A DNA stretch of 64,000 nucleotides from an uncultured virus (IMG/VR IMGVR_UViG_3300034082_004192) (Duplodnaviria; Heunggongvirae; Uroviricota; Caudoviricetes), in IMG/VR virus record IMGVR_UViG_3300034082_004192, positions 1 to 64,000 of that record. One strand, given 5' to 3'. The notes under the pieces were generated by a model, which worked only from the letters and a program-made list of their open reading frames with translations, ran no database searches and had not been told where the DNA came from. This document shows, piece after piece, positions 29,701 through 39,442 of the stretch. Position 1 is the first letter of the stretch. The number at the start of each line of letters is the position of its first letter. The position numbers were made by a program, and so were the translations under genes.

Positions 29701-30172
29701 CTTCCATTGGTAAAATTAAAGGTAAAGCGTGAGTGCCATCCAACAATGAAGGCAATCCATCTTTCAATATCCAGTATGGACCATATCCGGCTCTAACAAA
29801 GTATTCTGTAATAAAGCCAAAATCCTGTACATCGAATGAACGAATTTTACCATCTTGTGAAGGACTTATAGAGTACAAGCAACGGAAAATAATCCATTCT
29901 TTTTTTGACTGCTCTAATTCTTCCCAGAGATCAGACCAGACTCCAAGGCAATAAACTTTACCATTGCCAAGAGATTGTAAAATTCCCCTAGCCCAAGATT
30001 GAGTTAACCCCGACATAATATATGGCGGGGCATTCTTTCCTTTATATCCATCCATTTCAACAAAGTGAACTAAATCTAAGTTTACATATCCTATAAATGG
30101 ATAATATTTAGAAATAAGTTTTTCTGCAATTTCTTTGCATTCAATAGATTCAATAAATTCTGGATCACTCAT
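29690..30172 (-). CDS. Phage metallopeptidase-like protein lacking HEXXH
   Basis: W..L...KEWIIFRCLYSI...RSFDVQDF resembles the W..L..HEL.H..HDVEEF pattern with catalytic residues replaced. Confidence 0.4.
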   Translation of the reverse strand: MSDPEFIESIECKEIAEKLISKYYPFIGYVNLDLVHFVEMDGYKGKNAPPYIMSGLTQSWARGILQSLGNGKVYCLGVWSDLWEELEQSKKEWIIFRCLYSISPSQDGKIRSFDVQDFGFITEYFVRAGYGPYWILKDGLPSLLDGTHALPLILPMEDDD

Positions 30173-30504
30173 AATGATAACTGAGTAACTGCTACAACTT
30201 GACCACTCTCATCACGAATTGCTGTTGGACCTGTATCTACACTAAATACATCTTCACGATCAAATGGAATGAACTCCATTGATACTCTGTTGACTATGTA
30301 ATAAACACCATCTTCAGGATCAGGAAGATTTACAATCTTTTCAAAATGAGTTTCAGCAACAGGAACGCTTGCAACTTTACCAATAATTCTTTGTTTAGTT
30401 TGAACAAAGCAAGGATTTTCTGCCCTTGGTAAAGTTCCATATCCTGAAATTGTAATATCGTGTCCAATTAAGTTCACAAATTTTTTAAATTCTGGATACA
30501 TCAT
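30169..30504 (-). CDS. Conserved-looking phage protein of unknown function
   Basis: VNLIGHDI, LPDPEDGVYYIV, RDESGQV. Confidence 0.6.
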   Translation of the reverse strand: MMYPEFKKFVNLIGHDITISGYGTLPRAENPCFVQTKQRIIGKVASVPVAETHFEKIVNLPDPEDGVYYIVNRVSMEFIPFDREDVFSVDTGPTAIRDESGQVVAVTQLSL

Positions 30505-30878
30505 AAATCTATCCCTGCTACACCTTCATTGCGCTTTGGCTGACAAACAAAGGCTGACTGATCTCCATTAGCTCTCAAATCATTTATAAGAACTCTAGAC
30601 CCACCGCCAATGCCCATTACTAATTGATCATAAACAATACCAGCATAAGAAAGCTGCTTGACTGTTACATCTCGCAAGCTTTCTTTACGTCCAGTAGTAA
30701 GAATGATCTTATAGCCTTTGCTATCCCATTCACGAACCTTGTCTACGGTTCCGTGAATAATTTTAGGTTGATATCCAGGTTTGGCAATTTCAGTAGGATC
30801 ACCTTGTTCCCAAAGTGTTCCATCTAAATCACAAAAAATAGTGTAATTCTTTGTGGCTTGGTCAATGTTATGTTCCAT
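30501..30878 (-). CDS. HAD-superfamily phosphatase
   Basis: FCDLDGT, TTGR, YDQLVMG, LIND. Confidence 0.85.
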   Translation of the reverse strand: MEHNIDQATKNYTIFCDLDGTLWEQGDPTEIAKPGYQPKIIHGTVDKVREWDSKGYKIILTTGRKESLRDVTVKQLSYAGIVYDQLVMGIGGGSRVLINDLRANGDQSAFVCQPKRNEGVAGIDL

Positions 30879-31399
30879 TACTTACCTGTACTACCCAATC
30901 CACCCTTGCGGGATGTCTTGTCAGTTGAAGTAAATTCTTCAACTTCTACAAGTTCGTGATCTGCCAACTTTGCTACAACCATTTGAGCAATTCGATCACC
31001 ATGCTTGATTGAAAATGGAATCTTGTTGTGGTTAATAAGAATAACCTTAAGTTCAAAATCTTCTCCATCGCCACAATAATCACTGTCAATAGTGCCTGGA
31101 GTATTGAGAACTGTGACGCCAAATTTTGCAGCTAAACCGGAACGAGGGCGAATTTGGATCTCGTACCCATTTGGAATATTTACATTCAAGCCAGTAGGAA
31201 CAATCAAAGTTGAATGTGGAGCAATAAGAGTTTGCTCATCATAAGATTCCTTAAGCCAAGCACAAAGATCATACCCAGCAGCACTCTCAGTTGCCTTCTT
31301 GGGAATTACTGCGCTCTCACGAAAAGCTTTAATTTCAACTGTTGCCTTAGCAACAGTAGGCATATTTACTGTAACTTGTCCACTACCTGATGCAGCCAT
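30878..31399 (-). CDS. dut: Trimeric dUTPase
   Basis: AGYDL, RPRSGLA, GTIDSDY, RIAQMV, RKGGLGSTG. Confidence 0.95.
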   Translation of the reverse strand: MAASGSGQVTVNMPTVAKATVEIKAFRESAVIPKKATESAAGYDLCAWLKESYDEQTLIAPHSTLIVPTGLNVNIPNGYEIQIRPRSGLAAKFGVTVLNTPGTIDSDYCGDGEDFELKVILINHNKIPFSIKHGDRIAQMVVAKLADHELVEVEEFTSTDKTSRKGGLGSTGK

Positions 31400-31400
31400 A

Positions 31401-31718
31401 TTAAATTCCTTCCTCATTCTTAATCATATCGGCAGTAATCTCTTCATCATCTGGATTGAAGATAAGAGATAATGGATGTTCACGATTCTTGAGAGCAATC
31501 GAAAAATTGATAAGTTCTCTACCTTCCAAATAACGATCCATTTTGGTCAATTCTTTGATATCATCCAACGATAAAACAGCAGCATAAACTCTTTCAGACT
31601 TTACATCTTGAAGTTGAAGCCAAATAAATTGAACAATTGTAGGCTCATCTTCAGTGCCTTCATCTTCTTTCAATACTGCATCTAAAATTTTTACTTCTCT
31701 AACTACTGATTTTGCCAT
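31401..31718 (-). CDS. Hypothetical protein
   Basis: 105-aa ORF with TAAAAT 6 nt upstream. Confidence 0.6.
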   Translation of the reverse strand: MAKSVVREVKILDAVLKEDEGTEDEPTIVQFIWLQLQDVKSERVYAAVLSLDDIKELTKMDRYLEGRELINFSIALKNREHPLSLIFNPDDEEITADMIKNEEGI

Positions 31719-31755
31719 ACAAGGATTTTACCACAACATATAGTAAAAGTAAATT

Positions 31756-33708
31756 ATGTGGTATAGAATTGCACAAGAAAGATCTGTATTTAGACCTAGA
31801 GAATGGAAAAGTGAAGTTAAAAAAGAAGCTGATGGTACATCACTAACTTTTTATAGTCCTGCTAGACGTGTAAAAAATAAAACAAAATATGACCCAAGAG
31901 GTTCTTATTTTGGATTTTATCAAGAATATCCAAATATAAGAATTTTATTCAAATATCCTAAAGATTATGGGTCTTTGGATGATCCTTATAATAATATGTT
32001 AGAGTTTAATATACCGCAATCAGAAATAAACGAGATATTAAAAAGAGTTCTCAATGTATTATCCAAATATAATAAAGGTTTTTTCCATGGTGAGACTATT
32101 GTAAATATTGTCTCTGAAATTCATCCTGATAAAGCTTCTGGGGTTAAACCTGCAGCATTTGCTGAATTAGGTGGTAATAAAGTTTTCTCTGACAAAGATA
32201 GTATTGCAATGGCGTTGGATCACGAAATTGGACATCTTTTAACAGATTTTCAACCACTTGATGAAGAAAAAAAAATGATGACAGAAGGTTCTCCATCAAT
32301 TTATGGTGAGGAGAGCTACAAGGAAGCTTTTGCTGAGGCATTTGAACTTCTGATGAAAAAGGGATACAATTTCAGATTTGAAGAAACTTCTCAAAATAAC
32401 ATTAAACAAAATAAACTTTTAGATTATGTTCGAAAAAAAATAAACCCTTCGGATTTTATAAATTTACAATTTACCGAACCTGTCGAAAGTGGAAAATTTA
32501 ATTTTAATGAAAATAAAGAAAAAGATTTATCTGATTATAATGCAGCTAGACATACTGCTTTAGTTGGCGCTTTTCAAAATGCCATAGATAAATTCAAGGG
32601 TGATAAAAATTCTTATGCAAAATCTTTATTATCAAATAAACAAAAAATTAACGAAATAGTCAAATATGTTAATGGATTGATGATGTTTATCAACAATCCT
32701 GCAAATCAAAAAGAAATAGATTTAGCTGTTAAAACAATTGGTATATCTTCTGATAAAAAACCTAATCCTAATTCTTTTAATATTAATGGGACAAGATTTA
32801 ATAAAATACTTGAAAAAGATGCGAGTACAAGTGTAAGTAAATTTTATTTACCAAAAGCAATCAAAGACTTTATAGACATTAATATTGGAATGGCAAAATA
32901 TTATGGACCTTCCAAAGTGCTTAACTCATTAATTTCTCAACCTAAACCTTATCATCCATTAGATGAATATATGCCAACTGAGTTATCTTACTTAGAAAAA
33001 GATCCAAAAAACTTTGGAGAATTTTGGGATCCTAGATACTCTATTAACAAAATACCAAAAAATAAATTAAATAAAATTCCACAAGTCTCTGTTTTTGATC
33101 AACTTGTACCAGTTGATGAGTTGGAATATAAAATTGGTCAAAGCATTATCAATGCAAGCTCTTCAAAAAATAACACTTATTTAAACGATAGTTTTGAAAT
33201 TGAATATCTAGCTAATAATTTAATAAAACAAATTTTTCCTCCACTTAATTATAAAAATCCAGAAGACTATCTTTATTACGATTTTCATTTAGATAGCTCT
33301 GGAGATTATAGTTTAGACACAAATGCAGTGGAACAAAAAATAAACAATGCAATTAACACAAGCGAATTTACAAAAAAAATGAATGACGCTCAAAAGAAAA
33401 AAATTGCATATGAATTGCGAACAAGAATAAATAGAGTTAAAAATTCTCATACAAATATATTAAACAAAACCATAGAAGAAGGAGATATTTTTGGAGATTC
33501 AAGCTTATTCCCAGGCGGTAAGTTTAGAAATATTGGATCAAGCATAAATGTAGCTAAACAAGCAGTAGACAAATTATTTACTGCAAAAATTCCAAGAAGA
33601 AATTTATTATTTATGAGAATTTATAACAATACTGGAATATCTGAAAAACAAAAACAAGAATTGTTAAATTACTACAAATCCAAACAAGCGCAAGTTTTAA
33701 GGAAATAA
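31756..33708 (+). CDS. Protein with zincin-like metallopeptidase domain
   Basis: HEIGHLL followed by EAFAEAF; MWYRIAQ leader. Confidence 0.7.
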   Translation: MWYRIAQERSVFRPREWKSEVKKEADGTSLTFYSPARRVKNKTKYDPRGSYFGFYQEYPNIRILFKYPKDYGSLDDPYNNMLEFNIPQSEINEILKRVLNVLSKYNKGFFHGETIVNIVSEIHPDKASGVKPAAFAELGGNKVFSDKDSIAMALDHEIGHLLTDFQPLDEEKKMMTEGSPSIYGEESYKEAFAEAFELLMKKGYNFRFEETSQNNIKQNKLLDYVRKKINPSDFINLQFTEPVESGKFNFNENKEKDLSDYNAARHTALVGAFQNAIDKFKGDKNSYAKSLLSNKQKINEIVKYVNGLMMFINNPANQKEIDLAVKTIGISSDKKPNPNSFNINGTRFNKILEKDASTSVSKFYLPKAIKDFIDINIGMAKYYGPSKVLNSLISQPKPYHPLDEYMPTELSYLEKDPKNFGEFWDPRYSINKIPKNKLNKIPQVSVFDQLVPVDELEYKIGQSIINASSSKNNTYLNDSFEIEYLANNLIKQIFPPLNYKNPEDYLYYDFHLDSSGDYSLDTNAVEQKINNAINTSEFTKKMNDAQKKKIAYELRTRINRVKNSHTNILNKTIEEGDIFGDSSLFPGGKFRNIGSSINVAKQAVDKLFTAKIPRRNLLFMRIYNNTGISEKQKQELLNYYKSKQAQVLRK

Positions 33709-33709
33709 T

Positions 33710-34072
33710 ATGTGGTACAAATTTGCCCAAGAACAAAATGATATTCTAGAATTAATCAATTTCTTCATAAATAAATATCCAGAAATTGTTTTAAGAATCA
33801 ATGAATATGAAAACAAAATCAAATTAGATAAAATATTTATCCCCAAAGAAATGAGAGGGATTGGCATAGGAACAGAAATAATTACTGCTCTTAAAGAATA
33901 TAGCCAAAGAGTAAACAAACCAATTGTCCTCAACCCTGAACCTGAAAAAGGTAAAAAAGGTGCTCTTCAAAGATTTTATGAGCGAAATGAATTTGTAGAT
34001 AATGCTGGAAGAAGAAAAGATTATGATTTAACAGACACATTTTCCAGAACTATGTACTATAAACCAAAATAA
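33710..34072 (+). CDS. GNAT acetyltransferase
   Basis: IPKEMRGIGIGT, LQRFYERNEF; MWYKFAQ leader. Confidence 0.8.
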   Translation: MWYKFAQEQNDILELINFFINKYPEIVLRINEYENKIKLDKIFIPKEMRGIGIGTEIITALKEYSQRVNKPIVLNPEPEKGKKGALQRFYERNEFVDNAGRRKDYDLTDTFSRTMYYKPK

Positions 34073-34103
34073 AAAAAGAGGGGAGAAATCCCCTCTTTTT
34101 TTA
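34070..34103. terminator. Bidirectional terminator between convergent GNAT and nrdA
   Basis: aaaaaaagagggga-gaaa-tcccctcttttttt. Confidence 0.85.
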
Positions 34104-36545
34104 TGCTCCGCAGCTTTCGCAATCTGGATTGTCTAGAGAACATACCTTTGCTGTAAATTCACTAGGATCAAAATCCTTCATTTGCTCCATTTCTTTAGGT
34201 TTTTCTACTTCTTGAATTGATGCACTTGAAAGATCAATTCCAAGGCCCTTTAATGCTTGTGCTTTAGGCTTGACACGTAAGTAATACATACCTGTTTTAA
34301 GACCTAATTTCCAACCATACATATGAGCAGAAGACAATTTACTTGCAGTTGGTTCAGCCATAAACATATTCAATGATTGTGATTGATCAATAAAAAATGA
34401 ACGATCACGAGCCATTTCAAGAATAGACTTTCCCTTCATCTCCCAAACTGTCTTGTAAACTTCCTTGATGTCAGTTGGAATTTCAGGAATGTTTTGTACT
34501 GATCCATTCTCATTGAATAGCTTCAATCTAACATTGTCACTCCAGATACCCAAATTTACAAGATCTTCTACTAAATGCTTATTGATAACAGCATATTCAC
34601 CACTCAAAGTATTACGCTTATAGAGATTGGTAGTGAAAGGCTCAAAACATTCATTATTTCCAAGAATTTGAGCTGTTGAAGCTGTAGGCATTGGAGCAAC
34701 AAGAAGTGAATTTCTCAAACCAAATTGCTTGATTTCTTCTTTGAGCGTTGAAAAATCCCACATACCGGAAAGATCATTTTCAGTAAGTCCCCAGAGGTCA
34801 TATTGTAGTAAACCTTGAGATGCTGGAGATCCTTCAAAAGACGCATAAGAGCCATATTGCTTAGCCAAGTCCTTAGACGCAGTAAGAGCAGCAAAATAAA
34901 TTGTTTCAAAGATATCTTTGTTCAATTTTTTTGCTTCATCTGATTCGAAAGGTAAACCCATCATAACAAAGGTATCAGCCAAACCTTGAACACCTAAACC
35001 AATTGGACGATGCTTGTTATTTGAGTTCTTTGTTTCAGGAGTTGGGTAGAAATTTACATCAATAACTTGATTCAAATTAACTGTTGCTTGGTAAACAACT
35101 TCATATAAGAATTTGAAGTCATACTTGCGTAATTTCTTATCCTTCTCACGAACTTTACCAGATGGAATCATTACATACTTTGGCAATGCAACAGAAGCAA
35201 GATTACATACAGCAATCTCATCTTTATCTGTATATTCCAAAATTTCTGTACAGAGGTTTGAAGATTTGATTGTTCCAAGATTCTTCTGATTGCTCTTGTA
35301 ATTACACGCATCCTTATAAAGCATATAAGGAGTGCCGGTCTCAACCTGTGAATCAAGAATTTTTTCCCACAATTCACGAGCCTTAATTGTTTTGAGAGCT
35401 TTACCTTCAGACTCATACTTCTCAAAAAGTTCAGTAAAAGATTTCTTGTCCGGAGAATCATAAGCATCAATCAAGCCTGGAACTTGGTCAGGAGAGAATA
35501 AAGACCAATTACCATCAGCCTCAACACGCTTCATAAACAAGTCAGGAATCCACATAGCTAAGAACAAGTCTCTAGCACGTAATTCTTCCTTACCTTGGTT
35601 CTTACGAAGTTCAAGAAAGTCAAAGATATCACCGTGCCAAGGCTCAAGATAAACAGCAATTGAACCCTTACGCTTTCCACCACCCTGATCAACATAACGT
35701 GCAGTTTCATTGAACACCTTGAGCATTGGGATAATTCCATTAGAATATCCATTAGTACCCTTGATATAACTACCCTTAGCACGAATCTTGTGAATGTTGA
35801 TACCAATTCCACCAGCAGATTGAGAAATCAAAGCACAATCTGAAAGTGTCTTGTAGATGCCTGGAATACTGTCATCATCAATATCAAGCAAGAAACAAGA
35901 TGATAATTGAGGACGATTAGTTGAAGCGTTAAAAAGAGTTGGAGTAGCGTGAGTAAAAAGACCTTGAGAAAGCATATCGTAAGTCTTCTGAACCATCTCT
36001 AAATTTTCACGCCAAATACCAACGGCAACACGCATATAAAGATGTTGAGGTGTTTCAGCTGCCTCACCATCAATTTTGAGTAGATAAGATTTACGTAAAG
36101 TCATAAATCCAAAATAATCAAAATTGAAGTCTCTATCATGAACGATCATTCCATCAAGTTCTCGTGAATGCTTAACAATGACATCATAAACTTCATCAGA
36201 TATCATTCCAGCCTTTTCACCAGTCTTAGGATTAATGTATTCGTAAAGCTTCTTTGCAATTACAGAAAAATCTTTTTCAACATTTTTGTATAGAGCAGTG
36301 ATGGCAATACGAGCAGCCAATTTACCAAAGTCAGGATGAACAGTGACCATAGATGCAGCAGTCTCAGAACTAAGCTGATCAAGCTCAGTGCTAGAAACAC
36401 CATCATAAAGTCCAGATACAACTTTTGTGCTTACAATGTCTGGATCAACACGTTCATTTAAGCCATATGTAAGCTTCTTGATACGTGAGGAAATCTTTTC
36501 TAATTTTAGTGGTTCTCTTCCACCATTACGCTTGATAATATCCAT
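34101..36545 (-). CDS. nrdA: Class Ia ribonucleotide reductase alpha subunit with ATP cone
   Basis: ATPTLFN, QLSSCFL, SSNLCTEI, VCNLAS, PTAST, GMYY, C-terminal CESC. Confidence 0.97.
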   Translation of the reverse strand: MDIIKRNGGREPLKLEKISSRIKKLTYGLNERVDPDIVSTKVVSGLYDGVSSTELDQLSSETAASMVTVHPDFGKLAARIAITALYKNVEKDFSVIAKKLYEYINPKTGEKAGMISDEVYDVIVKHSRELDGMIVHDRDFNFDYFGFMTLRKSYLLKIDGEAAETPQHLYMRVAVGIWRENLEMVQKTYDMLSQGLFTHATPTLFNASTNRPQLSSCFLLDIDDDSIPGIYKTLSDCALISQSAGGIGINIHKIRAKGSYIKGTNGYSNGIIPMLKVFNETARYVDQGGGKRKGSIAVYLEPWHGDIFDFLELRKNQGKEELRARDLFLAMWIPDLFMKRVEADGNWSLFSPDQVPGLIDAYDSPDKKSFTELFEKYESEGKALKTIKARELWEKILDSQVETGTPYMLYKDACNYKSNQKNLGTIKSSNLCTEILEYTDKDEIAVCNLASVALPKYVMIPSGKVREKDKKLRKYDFKFLYEVVYQATVNLNQVIDVNFYPTPETKNSNNKHRPIGLGVQGLADTFVMMGLPFESDEAKKLNKDIFETIYFAALTASKDLAKQYGSYASFEGSPASQGLLQYDLWGLTENDLSGMWDFSTLKEEIKQFGLRNSLLVAPMPTASTAQILGNNECFEPFTTNLYKRNTLSGEYAVINKHLVEDLVNLGIWSDNVRLKLFNENGSVQNIPEIPTDIKEVYKTVWEMKGKSILEMARDRSFFIDQSQSLNMFMAEPTASKLSSAHMYGWKLGLKTGMYYLRVKPKAQALKGLGIDLSSASIQEVEKPKEMEQMKDFDPSEFTAKVCSLDNPDCESCGA

Positions 36546-36547
36546 GA

Positions 36548-37504
36548 CTAAAAGTCCTCATCAAATGAAATTTGCTCTTGAACTTCACCAACCCCACTCT
36601 TTACATAGTCAGCAACACGCTTCTCAAAGAAGTTGGTCTTGTTCTGCAAAGCAATATTAGCCATAAAGTCAAAAGGATTATCTGTATTATAGACTTTTCC
36701 TACGCCCAAATCCATCAACAGACGATCAGAAACATACTCTAAATACTGTTTCATCAATTCAGAATTCATACCAATCAAAGATACTGGCAATGCTTCAGTA
36801 ATAAATTCTTTCTCAATCACAAGAGCAGAATCAATAATCTCAAGGATACGTTCACGGGAAAGCTTATTCTCGATATGGTTCTTGTATAGATGAACTGCGA
36901 AATCTGTATGCAATCCTTCATCACGAGAAATCAATTCGTTCGAGAATGAAAGACCAGGCATCAAACCACGCTTCTTGAGCCAGAAAATTGAACAGAAAGA
37001 TCCAGAAAAGAAAATTCCCTCAACAGCAGCAAAAGCGATAAGACGCTCTACAAAAGATTCAGATCCAATCCACTTGAGAGCCCATTCTGCTTTCTTTTGC
37101 ACGGCAGGAACAGTATCAATTGCGTTGAAAAGATGATTTTGCTCTTCTTTATCTTTGATGTATGTGTCAATAAGAAGGGAGTATGTCTCGGAGTGGATAT
37201 TCTCCATCATAATTTGGAAACCATAGAAAAATTTAGCTTCTGTATACTGTACTTCAGCAACAAAATTCTCTGCTAAATTTTCATTAACAATACCATCAGA
37301 TGCAGCAAAGAATGCCAAAACGTGCTTGACAAAATGCTGTTCTCCTTCATTTAGCTTTTCCCAATCAGTGTGGTCTTGTGCTAAATCAATTTCTTCAGCA
37401 GTCCAGAAGACCTGCTGTGCTTTCTTGTAATAATCCCAAATGTCGTGATGTTCAATTGGGAATAAAACGAAACGATTTTTATTCTCTTGAAGTATTTTTT
37501 CCAT
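36548..37504 (-). CDS. nrdB: Ribonucleotide reductase beta subunit
   Basis: [39 protein letters not shown]. Confidence 0.97.
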   Translation of the reverse strand: MEKILQENKNRFVLFPIEHHDIWDYYKKAQQVFWTAEEIDLAQDHTDWEKLNEGEQHFVKHVLAFFAASDGIVNENLAENFVAEVQYTEAKFFYGFQIMMENIHSETYSLLIDTYIKDKEEQNHLFNAIDTVPAVQKKAEWALKWIGSESFVERLIAFAAVEGIFFSGSFCSIFWLKKRGLMPGLSFSNELISRDEGLHTDFAVHLYKNHIENKLSRERILEIIDSALVIEKEFITEALPVSLIGMNSELMKQYLEYVSDRLLMDLGVGKVYNTDNPFDFMANIALQNKTNFFEKRVADYVKSGVGEVQEQISFDEDF

Positions 37505-37514
37505 ATTTTTGACA

Positions 37515-37554
37515 ATAAAAAATATCTGAAAGAAATCAATCAGATATTTTTTAT
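37515..37554 (-). promoter_or_regulatory. Hairpin in the nrdB leader
   Basis: 15-bp inverted repeat ataaaaaatatctga/tcagatattttttat, ending 10 nt before the ATG. Confidence 0.6.
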
Positions 37555-37579
37555 CCCTTCCTTTAATTAGTATGAGGTA

Positions 37580-38023
37580 TTAATTGTAATTCTGCAACTC
37601 GAACGGGTCCAAATTTTTAAGCTTTTTGATTAGTTCTTCTAGCCTCTTTTTATATAATCTGTTCGCAATAATATAATCTAACAATCTTTCTTGAACTACA
37701 GATTTATCTAAGTCTTTTTCATCAAGCGAATCAATAATTTCATCAACTTTCTTTAGAAAAGCTGTGTCTAAAACCAATTGAGCTTGTGGATTATCTGCCC
37801 TAAAACCAGATGGATGTATATCTAATGATGACAGAACAATGGCTGGATTTAAGTTCCTGGACTCTTCAATAAGATTTGTCCAGGAGTGATATTTGCTGAC
37901 TATATTATTCTCTTTTGGCGAAACAAATTCCTCAACAGAAATGTTAATAATTCCGTTGTTTTTCTTAGCAAAGTAGTCTGATAAAAATTGTCTTTTTTGC
38001 TCCAACCAGCTATTTTTTCTCAT
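37580..38023 (-). CDS. Hypothetical protein
   Basis: 147-aa ORF, tightly packed in the operon. Confidence 0.55.
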   Translation of the reverse strand: MRKNSWLEQKRQFLSDYFAKKNNGIINISVEEFVSPKENNIVSKYHSWTNLIEESRNLNPAIVLSSLDIHPSGFRADNPQAQLVLDTAFLKKVDEIIDSLDEKDLDKSVVQERLLDYIIANRLYKKRLEELIKKLKNLDPFELQNYN

Positions 38024-38025
38024 TT

Positions 38026-38412
38026 TTACAATGCAAACTTGATATCAATCGCAAAAATACGTGTTGAAATTCCTTTAGTCTTCTTGCCAGCCACTTCAGC
38101 ATTGTATTCTGATTGACGGCAAATAAGAACAGATCCATTTGTGAGACTTTCAATTTCTCTTGAAGCTAGTCTAAACGCTGTCATAACTGAACTCATAGCA
38201 GTAGGTCCGACAGATAATACTCTAACATATTCATGGTCTTTCAAAACATGCAAAATACTACGACTCAAGCCTACTGGATCTGTAGGTCTTCTTGTTGGAT
38301 CTTCTGCATTTGGATCTCCACCTCTTGCTTTTAAAATCCTTGGATCATTTGTCTTATTCTTCGACTTATCATTTGTGGCAATAGTGCTCACAGGTTCATC
38401 AAGCTTGTCCAT
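38026..38412 (-). CDS. spoVS: SpoVS-like (Alba-fold) protein
   Basis: TDPVGLSRSI..VRVLSVGPTAMSSVMTAFRLA..LICR..EVAGKKTKGI follows the SpoVS pattern. Confidence 0.65.
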   Translation of the reverse strand: MDKLDEPVSTIATNDKSKNKTNDPRILKARGGDPNAEDPTRRPTDPVGLSRSILHVLKDHEYVRVLSVGPTAMSSVMTAFRLASREIESLTNGSVLICRQSEYNAEVAGKKTKGISTRIFAIDIKFAL

Positions 38413-38414
38413 TT

Positions 38415-39389
38415 TTAATTTTCCTCAATTCCAATCAAAGACATTTTCGTCTTTATATTTTCTACAGCTTTATTGAATTCTGAAGCTGTACAACCATACA
38501 TTTTAGAGTCATATTTGAGTTTTGATGAACCATTCAAAATAGTAGTAATAATTTTATTTTCAACATCATTTAAAGATAAACTTAGCAAATTATTTACTTT
38601 ATTATCATCTTTTAAACTATCGTAATAACAAACATCTTCACTATCATCTTCTTCCGACATATATACGCTTAAGGCTCTTGGTGAAACTGTTTGATAGTCT
38701 GGATAAAGTTCATTGAATTTCTGAAAAAGCATAGATGAGTGCTTTGATAAAATATGCTTTTTGATAATTGCTGTTCTTTGAATTATCATACATTTTTCGC
38801 AGCATCCATCTTTTTTATCTTCACAATCTTCTAAGCATTCATAAGATCTTGGCATTTTATGAGACTTGCAAAAATTACATCTTTCAAGCTCTTCTAAAAC
38901 TATACCCGTGTTTCTTAAATGGTCCCAAAGAATATGGTGATGATGTAACAAAATATGTGTGGAAAGAGGGTTCACCCACTTATCACAAATTGGACATTTT
39001 TGTGATGGATTTCTCTTACCAGCATTATCAGCTTTTACTAAGTTGATATAATTGTGCTGTAAAGCTCCAATAAAATAGTTTTTGAATTCCCCACTTCCTC
39101 CATAACGAGATACTTTTCTCGTATTGCGGGGTTTCCAATTTGATAAGACATTACAGAAAATCTTTATATAATCTGATGCAAAGTCTTCTTGTGAATCATA
39201 CAAATAATGGTATTGATTCCACCATTCTTGCATGTGTAAATAAGGCGGATAAAGTTTACATACTTCTTTGTAATTGCGATCTATCCGCCATTTGTTTCCA
39301 GTCAATAAAGCTTCTTGGTATTTTAGAATTGCCTTTTCTAAATTTTCTTGAGTCCTTATCTTTGCTTGTTTTGTAATATCCTCGTTCAC
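38415..39389 (-). CDS. Divergent sigma-factor-like protein with inserted zinc fingers
   Basis: Region-2-like QEDF..F..W..EFKNYF..N..KR; CPIC..HILLHH and further Cys/His; region-4-like LNDVENKII..G..YGCTASEF..IKTK. Confidence 0.55.
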   Translation of the reverse strand: MNEDITKQAKIRTQENLEKAILKYQEALLTGNKWRIDRNYKEVCKLYPPYLHMQEWWNQYHYLYDSQEDFASDYIKIFCNVLSNWKPRNTRKVSRYGGSGEFKNYFIGALQHNYINLVKADNAGKRNPSQKCPICDKWVNPLSTHILLHHHHILWDHLRNTGIVLEELERCNFCKSHKMPRSYECLEDCEDKKDGCCEKCMIIQRTAIIKKHILSKHSSMLFQKFNELYPDYQTVSPRALSVYMSEEDDSEDVCYYDSLKDDNKVNNLLSLSLNDVENKIITTILNGSSKLKYDSKMYGCTASEFNKAVENIKTKMSLIGIEEN

Positions 39390-39442
39390 TTAAGATCCCT
39401 CGTTGATATTACAATTATAGTGATGTTTTTAAAAATTAGAAA

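Noticed and set aside
30169..30504. AcrIII-1/DUF1874 ring nuclease because of the IGH motif
   Set aside because: The rest of the sequence lacks that family's pattern (N-terminal LNAFS, GHxxTA)
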